Of a stretch of DNA of 64,000 nucleotides, positions 14,501 through 41,790 are shown piece after piece. Position 1 is the first letter of the stretch; every line of letters starts with the position of its first letter. The DNA comes from Euglena gracilis (taxonomy: Eukaryota). Under the pieces are notes generated by a model. It was given only the letters and a program-made list of their open reading frames with translations, made no database searches and was not told where the DNA came from. The stretch is from NCBI GenBank assembly GCA_039621445.1, contig CP154954.1, positions 32,465,455-32,529,454 of the forward strand, read 5' to 3'. The position numbers and the translations under genes were made by a program.

Positions 14501-17500
14501 AGGTCCTCAGGGGGGTTTTATCTTTGGGGGGGGGACGGGGGTGCTGGACCACCCCGCTGCCCGGGGAGGGGGGTCCGGGACCCCCCCTTCCCCCTTCTCT
14601 CACTTAATACCCTGCCCCCAGCCCAGGGTTGTACAAGAATCCCCAAAATTCTATGGGCGGGCTGCCCCCCCAGCAGGCCTTCCCGTATTTCGAGGGGTGC
14701 CGGTGTTTAATTCAAAGTTTTCCTTGGGCAGTGCGTGGTGGGGGGGGGTTGACCCACTCCTTCCCACCTCCTGGGTGGGGGGTCAGACCCCCCCCACACC
14801 AGGCTTTCGAGCACAGCCGCGCCCCACTGCAACCATCCAGCACCTTCCATGATATGTTTCAATTCAGTTTCACCAGTGGTTTGTCTCTGAGAGTTTCCCA
14901 CAGGCTATATGATGATGTTTCGGATTGCGTGTTATGGCTTCACAGGAAACGAGGTCATGAAGTCTGTCCTGGCACAGTACAATGTTTCGGAGTTGCTGAC
15001 GCGCCGGCAGGATGTCAGTGCTGAGATCAGTACGCATCTCGTGAACCGCTGCAAGCAGTTCAACGTGATGGTGGAGGTGTGTGCTTTACCTTTTGGCCAA
15101 TTGTTTGTTAGAAATCAACAGGAAATAGCTGCAGGCATTTAAAGTAGTGCCATGTCGAATTGGTTTAATCCCATCTAATAAGACAGGGCCTCTACAGGAG
15201 CAGTGTTCAAACAGGAGCACCCCATCTTGAACAAAAAGCATTCACCACACAAGCACTCCTCCCCAGTCCACCCAAACAGAAGGATGGGAAGCCTTTCAAC
15301 GGAGTTGCGGCAAGCTATTGCATAATTTTCCCAAAGGAAGGAAGTATTTTTGGCTAAGAAGGCATTTTTTTGACTTTCCCCCTCCCCACAAATGCCTGAT
15401 TCATGTGGGATTTAAGAGGTGAGGGATGAAGAACAAGATGCAATGACGTCTATGACATAAGCCGGAACCAAAATTATAGAGCCCCCCTTGCTGGAAGCTG
15501 CGTGACGTCCAATAAATGTGCAAAGCCCTCATACAGCCTGCATTTATTTTTCATAGTTCGCACATCTGTTCAGTTTTTGTAAGAGGTTTGGAAGTATTGC
15601 TTTTTTTGTTTCCAAGCAGGTTTTTCAGGTGCTTCTTTGAGTCCCGGGTAGTGCCAGGAGCAAGTGTGGAGTAGGTTGGGCTCTTCGCAGGCACATCATG
15701 TCCCCTTTTTCCGCCCCCTCCTGCAGGACGTGGCCATCGTGCACCTCACCTTTGGGCGCGAGTACTCCTCCGCTGTGGAGGCCAAGCAGGTGGCGCAGCA
15801 GCAGGCGGAGCGGGCTCGCTTCCAGGTGGAGCAGGCAGTGCAGGAGAAGCGCAGCAAAGGCAGGGTCCGGTCGGGTCGGGGCAGTTTGGCGGGGGGGGGG
15901 GGGGCTGGGCTCTGGGGGATGGCTGAAAGTTCGATATGAGATGAAGGCTGCTTCCGGGTTTCGTTGATTTCTTTTGGGTCTTTGGGCGAAGAAAGTTTGC
16001 AGGTTCAGGTGGTCTTTGGGGGGACAGGCACCTTGTGTTACGTTGAGGACCTTCAGGACCACCCTCAGGTGTAAGGGGCAAAAAAAACAGCCGATTTGGG
16101 GATTGAACGGGGTCAAAATTAGAAAAAATATAAGGCCAAAAAACCCACATTTTGACGTTTTGGGTGGATGGGATATGGTCCAATATTGCCAGAAATCATC
16201 TCCCCCCCCCCCCCGAAGTCGATCTGTTTTTACCAAAATGTGGATATTCTCGGTCATTGTTCCTGTGGGGTTTTGACTGAATGTGCGGGGCGGGTTTTTT
16301 TTTTTGCTTGAGGAAGTCCTTTGAGAAATGCACCTGTATTTGTCATGCTGTATCAGTGACAGCACCCTGCATCCAATTGTCCTTGCAGAGGGTGAGGCAG
16401 AATCAGCTAGGCTGATCGGAGATGCCGTCAAGAAGAACCCGGGGTGTGTAGTGTGTGGCATGCCTCGTCCACTCAATGGATGCCTCACTTCCAACAGGCA
16501 TATGTTTTAACTCTTCCTTTTGATTGCTGAGGTTCCCCCATAGGCATGTTTCTCATTCACTTGCAATTGAACATTCCCAGTGTCAGCTGCAAAGGTACAA
16601 TTTTCCTCACCCCACACCGAGACCTGACATCTACTACGAGTGGTAAATATGAAAGGCAGCTTTTTTTTTGATTTCTGGCGGGGTCCCACTGTAAAGCGAT
16701 CCAGGGACTGAAGGCACTTCTGCTTTGGGCCTGGAAACTTTATATGTGATGGGTGGGGGGCGGACGACCACCCCCACCTCCATCATCCCAACCCACTTTT
16801 TCCGGTTTTTTTTTTCATATGTGTCAGGATTTTTAAATAATTTTGCTTCGGTGCTGAAGGAATTTTTCTTAATGCGACCACTCCTCCCATGCCCTCCTGT
16901 GCCTGCTCCGAAGGTGAACATGGCGAAACACATTTTTGGGCATTTTCAGGGGGAAGACAAGAAACCCACGCTTCCTTTTGTTAAAAATGGGACCCTTTTG
17001 CAAATAAAGGCTGTCATAAGTCATTGTAAAATCTTGTTAAACTTGGAGGAGGTGTTTAGATCTGGGGTCTCCCAGATCTGGTCTCCAGATGTGCATGCAA
17101 AAGGACACGAAAGGTATTGCTTTTTTGCCATCTAAAATCTGCAGATTGACACCCACAGTTGAATGTTTCCAGGTTTGCATTTTTGGGTGGGGCTTCAATT
17201 TCGCCCCTGCATCGAAACAGCCACCTAAATTTTCCACCTCAAAAATAATAATTTTCGAACAATCAAAATTGGCAATCAATTGCCAGTTTTTTGATGTGTT
17301 TTAAAAATGCATGAACTTTTTTTGCCAAAATAGAATTGGTTGACGTAAAATTAATTAGCTGTCCCAATTTGTTTGATCTAATGGCAAGCCCTTTCCTGGA
17401 AAGGAGTTAAAAGGATTTCCATTTGTGGATGGTTTGCCATTCAGAATACGTCGGTGGTTTTTTCAATTTAAGCCGATCGTTCTACTGGGGAGGGGAGAAC

Positions 17501-20500
17501 CCCCCCCCAGAAAATTTGGAATCCTGACTTTTGGTTTCCTGAGCCTCCGCGGAGCTTGGTACCTGAGCCTCTCCGGAGGCTGGTTCCTGACCCTCCGCGG
17601 ATCCTCCTCGTAAGTGACCAATTTTGTACGCAGGCTATGTCTATGAAACAAAAAGAAAATGGTTTGAACGGTTGACCCTCACCCCCCCCCACTCCCCCCA
17701 CTCTCCCACATTAATGCCCAAAATGGAGGAATTTATTTTCATATTTCACCCCCACACCCCGCAAAAAAAAGAAAATAAACAAAGCTTTTGTTTCTTCGCA
17801 CCCACCCCCCAGCGCACCCCCACCCCACAAAAAAAGGAAGTTAAATTTTTGGTTCTTTCCCTGCAACCCCCCAAACCCCGCCTTTTAGCAGAGCCCAAGA
17901 GCTTTGCGTGCCCAAATCAATTTGCCGAGGGGAATGCCAAAAAAAGATTTGTCCAAATAACTTTGCCCTCATCAAGAAACAAAAGTGAAAAGCGATGCAT
18001 CTTTCTGGAAAAGAAGGAGGCAAAAAGTGCAAAGAAACGCCACAATATTTTGCTCTCCAGTGAAGAGGAGTATTAAATTAATTAAATTCATCACAGCACT
18101 GTTTGATGTCAAATTGCTTGAAGAAAAAGTGGCAAATCAATAATAATTTTGCAGGGTTCCAGAAAAGGTGGTCCACTAATTTTGCAGGGACAAAGTCATT
18201 CATGGACCCCTAGTGTTCCTTCCCCCCCCTGTCGCTGTTATCATCAGACAGCCACCGGACCCCACCGGACCCCACCGGATCCCACCGGATCCCACCGGAT
18301 CCCACCGGATCCCACCGGATCCCACCGGATCCTGACGACGGGGCAAAAGATCCTGAGCACCTGGCTGGGCCCATTGCTGTTGATTGCCTCTTGATGCCTT
18401 GTTGATGGCCTCTTGGTGTTCTCTGCTTTGCGGTTTTCCATCACAAAATCATGTATTTTGGGTTCATTTTTCAAAAGCAGGGTCGACCCCCCCCACCTCC
18501 CGGTTGGGGGGTCCACCCCTCCACCAGGACTTCCCATTCTGCCGTGGCCTGCCCCGAAAAGACCATTACATACCTCTCCCCTCTTCCCCTGGAAGTTGGC
18601 AACCAGCCCAAACAATCACTTAGTCATTGACCAACCCCCTCCCTTGCACATTGTGTAAATCGCCCAAAAATTCTGACGCTCTGTAAACGGAAGAGGAAGA
18701 ATATACAGACCTTTTTGGTCCTCTGTCTGCGATTGAAGTACTGGGTCATTTGGAGATGATGGGGGAAACCGCGTGAAAAAAAAACAGGAGAATGCAAAGA
18801 AGCGGTTTTCCGCTTCCTCAACCCCAACGAAATAATTTTTGAACAGATCACTAACCCCCCCCAAATATAACCCCCCCCCCAAATGCAAAACCTCGCCCAA
18901 ATATTAAAACCCCCTGAGGACCTTGAAACCCCGCCCGAATATAAAACCCCACCTCAGGCGCAAAGCGCCGGAAGGAAAAAAAATGACAAAATCTCTCCTG
19001 AAATTGTGATTTTTGGCAGATTTGGGAGCAGTTTTTACCCAAAAGTGTGAAAATTGCTCCTTCGCCCGAAAAGTGAAATTTTTGGACCCCCAAGGGTGGA
19101 CATATTTGTGATTTTGGACCGAAAAAGTGACTGCTGGTCCCGCCAAAAAGTTGATTTTTCCGACCGAAAAAAAAAATATACCCCCCCCCCCCAAATATAA
19201 AACCCCCACGGGGGTCGTGAAATTTCCGCCCAAATACAAAACCGGGGGTTTTTGTATTTGGGGGGGTTATATCAGAAGAAGAATACCACTGAACAATCTG
19301 AATAGGAAATTACACTGCATTCATTGAAAACATCAAACCCTCAAGAGAAGTAAATGTTATATGTTGGTGAGTTGCACACATTGCATATACGGTTAAAACC
19401 AGGGCGGTCCATAAGGGACGGGAAGTTTTTTTTTTTTTTTCGTTAAGGACCGCCCCTTAAGGACCGCCCCCCCGACCAAGGATCGACCGGGACTTGAACG
19501 GGGGTCGAAAACCAAAAAGTCGAAAAACGCAATTTTTGACGCTATGGGCGGATGGGCGATGTTCCAAAAGTGCCAGGAATCACTTTTTTTCCCGAAGTCG
19601 ACCCGTTTCGGGCAAAATACGGCCACTTTTCGGTCATGGATTTTCAAAAAAATTTTCTCAGCTGTGCCGGGACGGGATTTTTTTTTTTTTTTTTTTGCTT
19701 AAGGACCGCCCTGGTTAAAACTGGCCAACACTTACTCTCGTTATAGCATGTGGGTAGCAATTAATTCAATTCAAGGAAGTTCAACTTAAAATTTTTGACT
19801 TTGAAACTTTGAAATTTTGAGAACAATTTTACGGGGTTCAAATTTGACTCCAAAAATATTACCAAAAATGTTGTGCAAGGTTGCAACAAAACTTTGACCT
19901 ATTTTGGGACCCGTATAGGGGGTCCCCTAAAACCCCCCAAACCCCATTTTTTTCACATCTTCTAAAATTTCAACATTTCTCATATTTTGATTTTGAGAGG
20001 TTTTTGAAGCAAAAAAAATGCCATTGAAAATCCAAAAAGTTTCCAAAGAGAAAAACTCTCAGTAAAATTCGAATGCTCCAAAATTTGGTCCCATTTTTTT
20101 GACCTGCATTTTTTTTTGATCCCCCTCCTGATAACTAACAATTTTCAACCCGAAAATTTTGGAGATTTTTTTGGGGGAAATGTTGTTTTCCATCAAAAAA
20201 TGATGTATTTTCTTAGGTGGCCTAACTCGCACTTAGCTTTGAAAGGGACTGTAAATTTGCGCCGACGCGCAAATCTAAAAAAAGTCTGTTTTCAAACACC
20301 GTGGCCTGAGACTCAGGACAGTCTGAAGATAGTGTCTCCCTGCACCCCAGGGCCTGGGGACGAAAGCAACGACTTGGAACTCCACGGTCTACTGTCACAG
20401 CGTTCCCGGGGCCCAGTGTGCATGAACACAAAGCGCCGGGTGATGAAACAAGGGGACTCCATTGTGCATTTGCGCTTTGGCGCAATTTTTTTTCATTACA

Positions 20501-23500
20501 AAAAAATAAAACCATTTGCGCTTTGGCGCAATTTTTTACTTTTTGTATTTCAACATGTGGGTGACCATTGCCACACTTGCACAATGATAACAATATATGT
20601 GTAAACGTGTGTTTCCATTGCGCCAAAGCGAAATGGGTAGGCTCATGAAGAATGGAAATTTAATAGGTATATTGCGCCAAAGCGCAAGCAGAAATACAAT
20701 TTTTAAAATTGCAAAAACAACATGGCCGAAGCGCAATATAACTGGTTAAAACTTATCTCACAACGCAGGGAGAAAACGGCCCTGGTGGAGTAAGAACACC
20801 AGAGGGGATAGAGCAGAAAAATGTAGTGCAGGTGGATGGCAGCCTACTCTCAGTCACGTTGCCTTAAAATTGGTCAACATTGCGCGTCGGCGCAAGAGCC
20901 ACGTTGCTTTTACAATTTTAAAAATATATTTCTATTGCGCTTTGGCGCAATATAACTCTTAAATTTTCATTTTGCAAAAGCCTACCCATTGCGCTATGGC
21001 GCAACAGCCATCAATTTTTATTTTCTATTTTTATCACTGCCAGTAGAGAAAGCAGTCCTGGGAGCATCTCATCACCAGAGCGGACAGAGCTCAGGTGGAG
21101 GGAAACCTTGCCTGGGACAGGAAGCCAACCCCCTGGTGTGTGAAAGCAACCACCAACTACTTGATATCCAGACGTGTCTTGTCCTGTACGTTGTGAGCCC
21201 AACTTCCAGTGCCAGAGATTCCTCCCACTTACCTCGTAGTTACAGTGTGGCTAAAAATTACGGAAGACAAAAATTACGGCAAAAAAAATTACGAGAAAAA
21301 ATTTTTTGGCAAAATTTTTATTTTTGAAAAATTAATTTTGGCAAAATCTGATTTTTTTCCAGAAAAATTTCTTTCTTCCCTTCAACCAGCGATTAACTGT
21401 ACTCCAAGGAAGGACAACCTCTTTGAACTCACTCTTGGCGTGGCGATCAATAGCTCCTCGAATCCCATGTTGGCATGCCCAATCTGTGATAATTTTTGTG
21501 TAACCGTCTGTCCAAACATGAGGTTTTGCCTTGGAAGGTGCAACCTCATCCAACCAACACAACACATGGGACGGCATGTGAATTCATGGCTAACGAGGAG
21601 AAAAAGGAAAACTAACAATTCCTTCTTTTAATCAGCAGAGGGAAATTTGGAAGGACAATGGTTCATATTACGAGTGTGAAAAACGTGGCCACAAGCGCAT
21701 TCTGACAGATTCCGAAATGGCTGAGGTGCAAGATGCACAGAAAATGAGGTCTGGTCCCCATGAAGGATTGACCTCCAGCACAGGTGAGCGACATTTTTCT
21801 CCTGGTTGCGTGTTCAACGTATTTTTCTGTCCCCCAGTGGCTGCAATCGCTCGAGTTTTAGTGGGTGGATGGGCGACGAAAGAGGTCATTTTTCTCTATG
21901 GATTTTTCATTGAATGTGCTGTGACAGTGGAGTTTTTTTTTATTTGCAGAACCGCCCCGCCTCAAAGCGTCCCTTCGTGCTGAGTCCACACATCCTTGTG
22001 AATGTCGCACACAAACAGCCCGTAAATGCGTTCGCTGTGACGAGTTTGTGTGTGAGAGTTGTTTTGCTGGCCACGAAGACACAGTGTGTCACTGACTCTG
22101 AGGAGTCAAAGCATGGCCGTCCCAGCATTGTGCTTGTGGCTTCCCAAGAGGGCGTCGGAAACCGACGGAGAGAGAAAATTACGAGGAAAAAAATTATGGC
22201 AAAATTTGGATATTTTGCCAAAATTTCTGTCTTCTGTAATTTTTAGCCGCACTGTAAGCATGCCTGAGGGGCCCTTCTTTTTCGCCGACTTTTGAAAGTC
22301 GGAAAATACCTGTTTGGAAAATAACAGGCACCAGATGAACCCTGGGAGTCACAGCCGAGGAAACATTTTTTGCACGCCGAAAAGGTGCTTTAAAGAAGCT
22401 CGTCACCCCCTTTTTCTCACCCAGGATTTGAAGCACACAACTTTGGGGATGGGCGAATGGATTGAGAAATCGAAATGGTCCATTAACAACGGCGGAGAAG
22501 GGAAGACATGTTGACACACTTTTTTTTTTGGTAATTGCAACCCACCAGACAGCCACATCACACCGGGCAGATGGAGGACATGGTTCAGCCAAAATGTGTC
22601 TTTCTGTCAACATCCCAAAAACCCTACTTTGTGCACCGAGTGCAAGGTCACTAAGGCTCCACAGCCCACCGCCCACGATTTGTCTTATTGGAACAGCCAC
22701 TCCCTCCCCAGTGCCTGAATAGTTGAAAAGCACCAACCGAGCTTCTGGCACAGCAGCGTTCAAACCCCCCTCATCATTCTCCTCTATCGCCCACCTTCTC
22801 ACACAGCACGAACACATTCAAATGCATCTGCTTTTTGAAAGGACACTGCGCTTAAGCGCAAATTTTTAATTTGCGCTTAAGCGCAAGTTAAAAATCTGCG
22901 CTTAAGCGCAAGGTAAAGCAGAAGCCCCCTGAGCTTATGGGAGTCCCTCTGATGTGTTACGGTGTGTTGGGGGCCCTCTCTGAACGGCCAGTGTGCGGAC
23001 TTGGTGAGGAAATACATTGCGCCGAAGCGCAATGGACATGCCTACGTAATGCACTATTTGATCATTCAGATTACACGTCAACCGTGTGTTTGCATTTCTC
23101 GTTTTTTGCATGATGCTTTGCGCTTCGGCGCAAGGTATTTCCTCACCAAGTCCGCACACTCGCCGTTCAGAGAGGGGCCCCAACACACCATAACACATCA
23201 GAGGGACTCCCATAAGCTCAGGGGGCTTCTGTTTTAAATTGCGCTTAAGCGCAAATTTTTTACCTTGCCTTCTGTGCCCGGCAGTGTGGGGCCTGAAGTT
23301 GCTCACCAGACGTTGGGACAGGTCCATGGGCTTGCCCTCCATCCCCCCAACACCGCCCGCCTGGGCGGTTCCCACTGTACCGTTCCTCGCACTTCAAGCA
23401 CCCAGGGATCACAACTCTGTGATATGCCATTTTTTCCCCCAACTTTTCACGTGCATGCAGAGTCCACCCTCTGGACGCCTCAGCAGGCAACCCTTAACGG

Positions 23501-24177
23501 ACGCATCGCAGATCCCAAAAAAAAAAAGCAACAAAAAGGGCCAAATTACACCCGGACTGTGTAGCACCATCAGGGGAGCACAGTAGAGGCTTCAAAAACG
23601 AGGGACTCGCAATGGGGGTTTTGGCACTTTTTTGGGTGAAATTCACGTGTCCCGGCGGTCAAACCCAGGGTTTTGAACCTTTTTTAAAATGCTGCACAGG
23701 CTGAAAAACACCAAAATTGGGCCTGTTCCCCAGGTCCCAACATCGGAAAATGATGCACACGCCACCGTAGAGGGTCTCCGCGGAACTAGAGGGTCCAAAG
23801 GGTGTACCGCCGGGTCTCAATAAGTTTGAAAATTTGCGCCAAAGCGCAAGCTAAAAATCAAAACCTTAAGTGCAAGTTAGGCCGCCTAAGATTTTGGGTT
23901 CATTTTTCAAAGCAATTTTTTTTTTCAAAAAATTTCCCAGCCAAAATCCTTATTTTTCAGCTGAAGTGTATTAGGACAGATTTTTTTTTGCTCAAGGACC
24001 GCCCTGACAGAAGAGCATCAAATCGCTTCATTATTCATTTTTTATTTTTCCAGGTTCATGCAGCTGCGACAAATCGAAGCAGCCCGAGACATCGCTATCC
24101 TTCTGAGCAATGGCAAGAACCGCGTGATGCTGGATGCGGATACCCTGTTGCTTGACCTCAAGCCTCGGTCGTCGTAA
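8448..24177 (+). CDS. PHB: Prohibitin (SPFH/band 7 family), multi-exon, 5'-partial. Exons ~8448-8574, ~10325-10423, 14946-15076, 15727-15857, 16375-16443, 24054-24177
   Basis: Joined exons read [91 protein letters not shown]../[32 protein letters not shown]../[56 protein letters not shown], colinear with the prohibitin consensus. PHB1 vs PHB2 not resolved. Confidence 0.95.
9195..9488. mobile_element. Decayed hAT-like MITE
   Basis: GCTTGTGCTTA / TAAGCACAAGC inverted ends; flanks GTTGGGAG/GTTGGGAC (7/8). Confidence 0.65.
10325..10423 (+). CDS. PHB: Prohibitin exon
   Basis: [34 protein letters not shown] donor at 10424. Confidence 0.9.
12788..13173. mobile_element. hAT-like MITE family B
   Basis: TIR CAGGCTTTTG / CAAAAGCCTG; perfect TSD GTATTTAG; internal GCTAG motifs. 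Confidence 0.85.
14055..14614. mobile_element. hAT-like MITE family C, with an internal segment also present inverted at ~18850-19270
   Basis: TIR CAGGGCATTAAGTGAG / CTCACTTAATACCCTG; TSD CCCCCAGC. Confidence 0.82.
14946..15076 (+). CDS. PHB: Prohibitin exon
   Basis: cacag| ... |gt; [43 protein letters not shown]. Confidence 0.93.
15727..15857 (+). CDS. PHB: Prohibitin exon
   Basis: ctgcag|; [43 protein letters not shown]; followed by a non-conventional intron. Confidence 0.93.
15858..16374 (+). other. Non-conventional (euglenid-type) intron
   Basis: aggCAGGGT...ACCCTGcatcc; no GT/AG; removal gives the in-frame [13 protein letters not shown]. Confidence 0.85.
16375..16443 (+). CDS. PHB: Prohibitin exon
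   Basis: [25 protein letters not shown] donor at 16444. Confidence 0.9.
18255..18332. repeat. Tandem CCGGATCCCA 10-mer
   Basis: Direct tandem copies. Confidence 0.9.
19400..19713. mobile_element. hAT-like MITE family A, copy 1
   Basis: TIR CAGGGCGGTCCATAAG / CTTAAGGACCGCCCTG; perfect 8-bp TSD GTTAAAAC. Confidence 0.92.
21243..22254. mobile_element. Tc1/mariner-like element, decayed
   Basis: TA|CAGTGTGGCTAAAAATTACGGAAGACA ... TGTCTTCTGTAATTTTTAGCCGCACTG|TA. Confidence 0.75.
22897..23253. repeat. Foldback element with ~135-bp inverted arms
   Basis: ~22897-23032 is the near-perfect reverse complement of ~23117-23253. Confidence 0.88.
24054..24177 (+). CDS. PHB: Prohibitin last coding exon
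   Basis: Polypyrimidine tract + cag|; [40 protein letters not shown] then TAA. Confidence 0.92.
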
Positions 24178-25779
24178 GTCACAAAGCATCTCCTCCTTTC
24201 TGTGATTTTTGCATTTTTTTTCTCTTGCGGCAGACAGCACCACGAGTGCCTTCAGGGCTGCTTTGTACCTAGCAATACCAGAGGGGGGGGTCAGACACCT
24301 CTTTCCCTCTCATTATTTGATGCGCATTTCACGTTTCCTCACCATTATGGCAGAAGCTGGCAAAGAGCCAAGCCATTTCCCTACTCCACATTTTCCCGCA
24401 GAACATCTTGCATGTTGGGGATGGTTCGCTCATTTTGGTGGGGAATGGCCCCGCTCAATATTGCGGACAACCATCTGCACACCGTTGTGTTGTTGACCCA
24501 CATCTCGTGTAAATGGCACGTTTCCGGGACATTGTCTGCCATTTTCAATTGCAGCGCTCTGAGGTTGCCACACCGTGTCGTTGACTCACACCTGCGTCAA
24601 CGGCACATTCCTGGAACACTGCCGTGCCTTACCGGTGACCCTCAGCCGATGCAAAGGAGCAGATGCCCCCACCTTTCCCTCTCGGATGACTCGCGCAGGG
24701 CGGCGACGGTTGTTTCTTGGCCGCTCCGGGCAGTGTCCGGCTGGGCAGGACTGTACCTACCGCAGACCAGGAGCCTTTGGCCCCTCCTTTTCGCATGCTT
24801 CCAAATCGTCGTCGCCTCTGGTTGTTCCAAGCATGTCGCCATGCACCCGAGGGTTTTCATGAGCGATGCCACACAGCGCATGTGATGTTGACCGCAATAG
24901 AAACGCGAGGTGTGCGTTCCCCACTGGCATTTGAAAGCTTTGATGATTTGGCCTGGAAAGCGGAGGCATCCCATGCTTCCTTAATGATAGCATACAATGC
25001 AGTCACTTTCATATGGAGTGCCACAGGTGACTCGCTACTCCTTCACGACTGTGCGCCGCTAACCTCGCCGATGCTGAGACTGAGTCGCAGCTGAAATGCT
25101 GGAGGCAAGACTGAGCCGCTCGTGGTCCGTTCGATATCTTTGGGGTTCTCTTCAAAGCTCTGTCCAACATGGGGGTCGAAAATGGGAAGTCGAAATTTGT
25201 TTTTGATGGATGAGCGATGGTCCAAGGATGGTGGAAATCAATTTCCCCCTGATTTCAACCTGTGCTTGCCGACGAACGCCGATTTCACAAGTAATTCCTG
25301 TGTATAGTTCAATGTCCCAGGATTATTTTTTTTTTAATTTCAGGTCCGCTTTCTTTACCATGGATGCCCACAGCAATTTAATTTGCAGCATCACATCTGC
25401 CAAGCCCCCGAGAGTCAACTGCTCAGGGTTACAAAGCTCTTGGATATTGCGATTTCCATATGTGCCAAGTATCAAGGTCGGGATGTAGCTTTTGTAGATT
25501 GCTGCAGGGTGCCTTACAGTTTCCCACAAAAATTGGAGTCTTTTGTTGGATTAGGACCCAGAAAAGATGACGTTAATCCGGCTTTTCTTGTTTGTTTTGG
25601 ATTTTGGATGGCTTCTTTGCTTTGGCCACCTGCCTATGGCAATTAATTGGTCCTTGCCAAGTGGTCTCTACCTGTTGTCCTCCCCTTTCAAAATATGCCC
25701 CCCCCCCCAAACAACAGGGTGGGGTCTGCTGACCCCAGACCCCCCGGAGGTCAGCACAAACCACACGGGGGGGGGGGTA

Positions 25780-26075
25780 GATCTGGCCTGGGGGGGGGGG
25801 GTAGTGGGCCGACCTTAGGTCGGCCCACGGTCGCCAAAGGTCGCCAAAGGTCGCCCTTGGTCGATGTCAAAAAGCGTTCACCCGGGCAAATTAGCGCGAC
25901 ATACAAACAAAAGGAGTTGCACACACAAGGTATTTTGTTATTTTAGGGCCGCCGAACAGTTGCCTGCGGCGCTACAATGCAAAAAAAACTGAGTAGGAAA
26001 TACCCATAACGACCTTTGGTGACCGTGGGCCGACCTAAGGTTGGCCCACTACACCCCCCCCCCCCAGGCCAGATC
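25780..26075. mobile_element. MITE-like inverted repeat element
   Basis: GATCTGGCCTG(G)nTAGTGGGCCGACCTTAGGTCGGCCCACGGTC arm mirrored at ~26008-26075. Confidence 0.7.
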
Positions 26076-26807
26076 CGGGAGCCCAGACCACACAGTGACA
26101 CAGTTAACCACCCAAATATAAAGCCCTCCCGGCTTTATATATGAGTGGGATTTCAAGACCCTCAGAGGGGGCTGAAATTGGGGGGGGGGGCTTCATATTT
26201 GGGGGGATCAAACTTTGCTAGGTGGGCTATAGCTGGCGTCCTTCAACTTCAGTCCAATTCCAATTTTTATTCGGGGGGGGGGTCACTATTCGGAAAAGCG
26301 GTCGAAAACCAGGGGGTCCGAGCATTATCGAAGAAATTTCTTTGTGGGTCTACATTTCAACCAACGTTCTGAATAGTAGTCCCCGGGGGCTTCTATTCAG
26401 GGGGTTTACTCTTGTGGATGCATTGGATCATTAAACGTAAACTCACCCAACCCTCATTTAACCAATGGCTGAAGAAAGCACTTGCCGTCCCAATTGACAG
26501 ACAATCCATGGGGAGGGCCTCCTATTCGGGGGGGGGGCTTCTATTCAGGGAGGGGTTTCCAACACTTCCCCCCAAAAATGTGCAATTTTTATCTGGAAAT
26601 GGAGCTGTCTGGTAAAAAAAGTTCATCTACCCAAAGATGTCTGCTTTTTCCTGAATGGCACCATTGCCTGGCTCCATATTGGGGGGGGACCTGGGTGGCT
26701 TTATGTTTGGGGGGAGGGGTGATACCTACTCGGTACACCACCCTCGCCTGGCTGGCTGGCCCCCGCAGCGGCCGCCCGGTATCCCCACCGCGCTGCATGG
26801 CCGCGGC

Positions 26808-41244
<14,437 letters not shown>

Positions 41245-41604
41245 CCCTCGCTGGTCCTGGCTGCAGCCTGGGCCACCGTCCCTTCCCCCCCCCCCCCCGC
41301 GTACCTCGTCAGCATCACTGCGTACTGCAGCCCGTCCACCACATTGTGCAAAAACTGTGTGCAAAGATTGCGTTCCGCTGCTTTGTCAGGCTTCAAACGG
41401 ACCTCCATTCCATCATCCGACCATTTGGCGCTCTCTCAAAGAAACTGGCCCTTCACCTCCCCCACCATTACCTTGTGCCAGAGTATTCAGAGCAGACCTT
41501 GCCAAAATGGAGCGCAGGCAGAAGCCCCCCCCCTGTTTGTTGCCTGTGTCTGACCTCCACGTGCGGCACGCAACATAATTTCAAAGGCTCAGCGGGCATC
41601 TGCT

Positions 41605-41633
41605 GCCCCCCCCCCCTCACTGCAGGTCAGCAG
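41605..41633 (+). promoter_or_regulatory. Candidate spliced-leader trans-splice acceptor for KRI1
   Basis: C-rich tract followed by CAG acceptors just upstream of the ATG; no upstream exon seen; SL trans-splicing is general in euglenozoans. Confidence 0.45.
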
Positions 41634-41634
41634 T

Positions 41635-41790
41635 ATGGCTGCCGAGCCCAAGAAGGCTGCACTGCTTGGCAGTGACGACAGTGACGGGGAGGCGGCGCCG
41701 AAGAAGCTCTCGCTGTTCGGCGAGGACGACGACGGGCCGGCCGAGGAGGGGGAGGGGGCGGTACCCAGCGCCCTCAACTCCCTGCAAGTC
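41635..41790 (+). CDS. KRI1: KRI1 first coding exon
   Basis: ATG after a C-rich tract and AG; MAAEPKKAALLGSDDSD...NSLQV; in-frame join to DKKYA via a paired intron. Confidence 0.8.
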
